A stretch of 64,000 nucleotides of DNA from Candidatus Bathyarchaeota archaeon (lineage in GTDB: Archaea > Thermoproteota > Bathyarchaeia > Bathyarchaeales > Bathycorpusculaceae), in assembly GCA_963826715.1 (NCBI GenBank), contig CAWGYA010000001.1, positions 36,715 through 100,714 of the forward strand, in the 5' to 3' direction. The notes beneath the pieces are model-generated. The model was not told where the DNA came from, did not search any database, and saw nothing but the letters and a program-made list of their open reading frames with translations. The position numbers were made by a program, and so were the translations under genes. Positions 61,118-64,000 of this stretch are shown in pieces (within the stretch, counting starts at the first letter, position 1; every line of letters begins with the position of its first letter).

Positions 61118-61768
61118 ATGCGAAGATTACATATTTTCCTCACTATTCTAATTGCTTCTATAGCGCTTCTTGTTAGCTTTGTCTTAGTAAGTTTGTATTT
61201 GGCTGCTTCAACGCCTTCTTACTATCAGTCAAGCTGGATTAACCAAATGTGGCAGAGTATGGGAATAGGCACAACACCAGGAAACAACGGTATGGGTGGA
61301 ATGATGGGAGGAGATACTACGGCGACTAATCTTTGGATAATTCCAGTGGGGGTAATAGCTGCAGTAGCAATCGGTTTGATTGGTCTAAGCTTCTATTTAA
61401 TTATTCCAGAAATCAGAAATAATCCTAGAACCTGCACAACCGGAAGCAATGTAAATAGTTCGGCGGCTTCAGTACAAATCTCAGGTTTAAAAAATTCTGA
61501 TTCAAATTCTGCGGTTAATTCTTGTAATGTTCTACTAAAAACAATGAAACCTGAAGAACAAAAAGTGCTGAATGTATTGATTGATCATAACGGAAAGTAT
61601 TTACAGAAATATGTTGGCAAAGAAGCTGGGCTTAGTCGACTTAAAACTCATCGGATTGTTGCTCGTTTTGCGGAACGTGGAATAGTTTCAGTGAAACCGT
61701 TGGGAAATACAAATGAGGTTTCTGTCTCCGATTGGGTTCTAACTAATAGCCCAGAAAAAAGTAGTTAA
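61118..61768 (+). CDS. Membrane-bound wHTH protein (COG2512-like)
   Basis: Two TM helices, Met/Gly-rich loop, GKYLQK......GLSRLKTHRIV.RF.ERG. Confidence 0.8.
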   Translation: MRRLHIFLTILIASIALLVSFVLVSLYLAASTPSYYQSSWINQMWQSMGIGTTPGNNGMGGMMGGDTTATNLWIIPVGVIAAVAIGLIGLSFYLIIPEIRNNPRTCTTGSNVNSSAASVQISGLKNSDSNSAVNSCNVLLKTMKPEEQKVLNVLIDHNGKYLQKYVGKEAGLSRLKTHRIVARFAERGIVSVKPLGNTNEVSVSDWVLTNSPEKSS

Positions 61769-61938
61769 CTTTCACGGGCTGAGGATGTATTACGTTGAAG
61801 AGGATAGGAATTAAAGCTCACCAACTTGTTAACATCACTAACTACTGGTTTACCCTGCTACTTCATTTTTCACACGTCAATTTTCTACAAAGTATCATGC
61901 AAATCTTGAATAATACTTCTCAAAAGATATAGATAGTA

Positions 61939-62832
61939 TTGAAACAGGTGGCGATAATGGAAACTCTCTATAGGGCGGTAACACAAAATGATATTATTCG
62001 TTACAAAGCAATTTGCCAGAGATTAATTACTAAAACACAAGTTGGAAACGATTACAACACCCTAAAAATTCTATTTTTCGATAATAAGTCTTTCCTTGAG
62101 GTTTTTCAACAAGAAATCACTCAAGCATTAGGAAAACAATTCCTGGGTAATTTGCCAGCTCAAGCTCAGGCTTACGCCTCCGAACAAAGTAGAAGTGCAA
62201 TAGCAATTAACACGGATGATTTGAGAAACAAAACAACTGAAAACTGCGAGTTTATTATCCTAGAAGAATTTTGTCGTTTAATAGATTATGCCGCAGTTGA
62301 TTTTGCTCAAAGCGAACAATTTCTTAATTTCAAAAAAGAGTACGCGAGATTTGCTGATTCTAACTTCGCATCTGATGTTGCTGAGAGCCTCAGCATTCAA
62401 TATGATCAATATTATGTTAACAAACTTGTGCTTTCTTTTGATGTAGAAAAATGGATTCAATTCAGGTGTGATTATTTCAGTCAAAACTCAAGAGCCCGAT
62501 TAAGTCGGCTATTTTCTGAAGTTAGAGCAACAAAACCTCCAAAACATTGCCTCGCTGTCATTTCAACAGAAATCCTTAGGATACTCTGTTTTGCTCGTGC
62601 TGTAGAGAGTTTTTTACTTTTCACAGAAATCCCCAAGTTACAGATTCAACAACTAACTGCCTGCAAAGATAATGCACTCGAAACAATAAGATTTGCAGAG
62701 CAAAATGCGAAAACGATTGATATTAGTTACCCATTTACTATTGATTACTTTAGAGAAAGTGATTTTGCCTCTAAAGATAAATTTTTTATTCGAATCAGTC
62801 AATTTTGGAATTATTTTCACTTATTTAGATAA
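61939..62832 (+). CDS. Hypothetical protein
   Basis: 297-aa open frame with no recognisable intact motif. Confidence 0.6.
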   Translation: MKQVAIMETLYRAVTQNDIIRYKAICQRLITKTQVGNDYNTLKILFFDNKSFLEVFQQEITQALGKQFLGNLPAQAQAYASEQSRSAIAINTDDLRNKTTENCEFIILEEFCRLIDYAAVDFAQSEQFLNFKKEYARFADSNFASDVAESLSIQYDQYYVNKLVLSFDVEKWIQFRCDYFSQNSRARLSRLFSEVRATKPPKHCLAVISTEILRILCFARAVESFLLFTEIPKLQIQQLTACKDNALETIRFAEQNAKTIDISYPFTIDYFRESDFASKDKFFIRISQFWNYFHLFR

Positions 62833-62990
62833 AAAATTCAAGAAATTAGCGAAAATCACTTGAAAAATTAGATGTATTTACTCTGCAAATAGTTGGGTCT
62901 ATCACTCGGACTTTTGTTTTATTATGAAGACGACTTACTAATACCCCATTTAATGAAAATCGAATTTTTCTTGATAAGTAAAATTATTTA

Positions 62991-63579
62991 CTAAGAAGAA
63001 TCGTGCTCTTTCAATACCCTAAGTCTAGATCTGTACTCTTCCTCGGTTATTTCTCCATTCGCATACTTTATTTTCAAGTGAACTATTGGGTCATCCGCTG
63101 AAGTAGATTGGTTAGGAGGGGTTCTGTCTAAAGATCATTTCTGCAGGCTTATTAAATTCCCATTCAGACCGCCCTAGTAGTTCACCTTTATGTTGAATTG
63201 ATATTGGTTCAACAGCAATATTATTGACAGCTTTTTCCAATGATTCTATGAACCCAGCTAGTTCGTTTCTACTCACTCTTTCAACTACATAAGAAGTGCC
63301 GTCTTCCATTTTAATTGAAACTTCTCCCCATACTACAGCGCCTCTATGTGCTTTTACTTGGAGCAATTTCTGGAAGGGTAATGATTTAAAAGTAAAACGA
63401 CCTAAATGTTTTTCGTCGAAGTATATCAGACGAAGGTTTGTAAGTACTATGTAGTTCGTTCTTTCAGCCACAACAAAACTGGTTAAATAACTAATAATTT
63501 CTTCTTTGGGTGCAAGGTTTTTTGTCAATCCCTCTGGAAGATTACCAATTACACTTTTGTTGGACTCATCTTGAACCAT
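62991..63579 (-). pseudogene. Bacterial-type PH domain + SHOCT domain protein, frameshifted near 63118
   Basis: PH part (VLTNLRLIYF) in track ORF 63112-63579; SHOCT part DPIVHLKIKYANGEITEEEY continues in a shifted frame to TAG at 62991. Confidence 0.72.
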
Positions 63580-64000
63580 TATTATGCCTCAGAAGATCAA
63601 AGTTCTTAGTAAAGTATATTGTTTATGCATTTGCTTGTCAAGAGAAATTAATCGAAATTCAAAATATGACTATCGCTATAAAGCATCCTCTTGAAGGGAT
63701 GGCCTTTTCTAGTTTTAGACTTGAGTCGATTAAACAATTCTTATCAGGGAAAATCTGCAGTTTAGAAGTTTTTAGGATCAGCTTTCAGAATTTAATTATA
63801 TTAAAAAGGATACTTTAGCAGTTTTATTTTGGGAAAACCATTGTTCGTAAAGAACTATGAAAGGAGAAAAAAGAAATGGTTAGTTGATTTCGGTTATGGA
63901 AATGTGAACGCTGAAAGTGGTTATATCGATGTTTGATGATACCATCAGCCTTAGTACTGCAGTTGTTGAATCTCTTGGGTTGAGTCTTTTAGATTCTATG

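Noticed and set aside
72-63818. Many short antisense or alternate-frame ORFs in the track (e.g. 5042-5497, 16650-17174, 23361-23840, 27342-27791, 45158-45595)
   Set aside because: They overlap well-supported genes and have no motifs; 27342-27791 is the antisense shadow of the dnaG N-terminus
1-64000. CRISPR array, rRNA or intact IS/transposase
   Set aside because: No regularly spaced direct repeats, rRNA-like stretch or transposase ORF seen by eye
63880-64000. Possible C-terminal fragment of a secreted protein on the minus strand at the window edge
   Set aside because: In-frame stop at the edge and too short to assign

Overview
Archaeal chromosomal window, most consistent with Bathyarchaeia (TACK). 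This is inferred from the Hfo-type hydrogenase, a Snf7/CdvB-type ESCRT-III protein, short eL13, PolB2 plus PolB3, and frequent TTG/GTG starts. Most of it is housekeeping: the 5' part of a complex-I-like group 4 [NiFe]-hydrogenase operon, ABC transporters, tRNA-Gly(GCC), aIF1A-rio1-dim2, pyrH, polB3/dnaG, ychF/uppS, aIF2-beta, sdhAB with a fumarase/aspartase, RNase P proteins, and rpl15e/rpl13e. Best candidates for something new: (i) a three-gene SNF2 helicase + Zn-finger partner + Mrr-like nuclease operon between the RNase P protein genes and rpl15e; (ii) an accessory tail (55-64 kb) with unannotated Cys-rich microproteins behind perfect palindromes, a RadA-like/PolB2 cassette and a membrane-anchored TIR protein; (iii) two or three unannotated structured RNAs; (iv) apparent non-canonical start codons (ACG for dnaG, ATT for an ABC permease). 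Also found: a frameshifted PolB3 with degenerate exonuclease motifs, a frameshifted PH-SHOCT gene and an integrase remnant. No CRISPR array, rRNA or intact transposase was seen. All family assignments come from motif recognition, not database searches.
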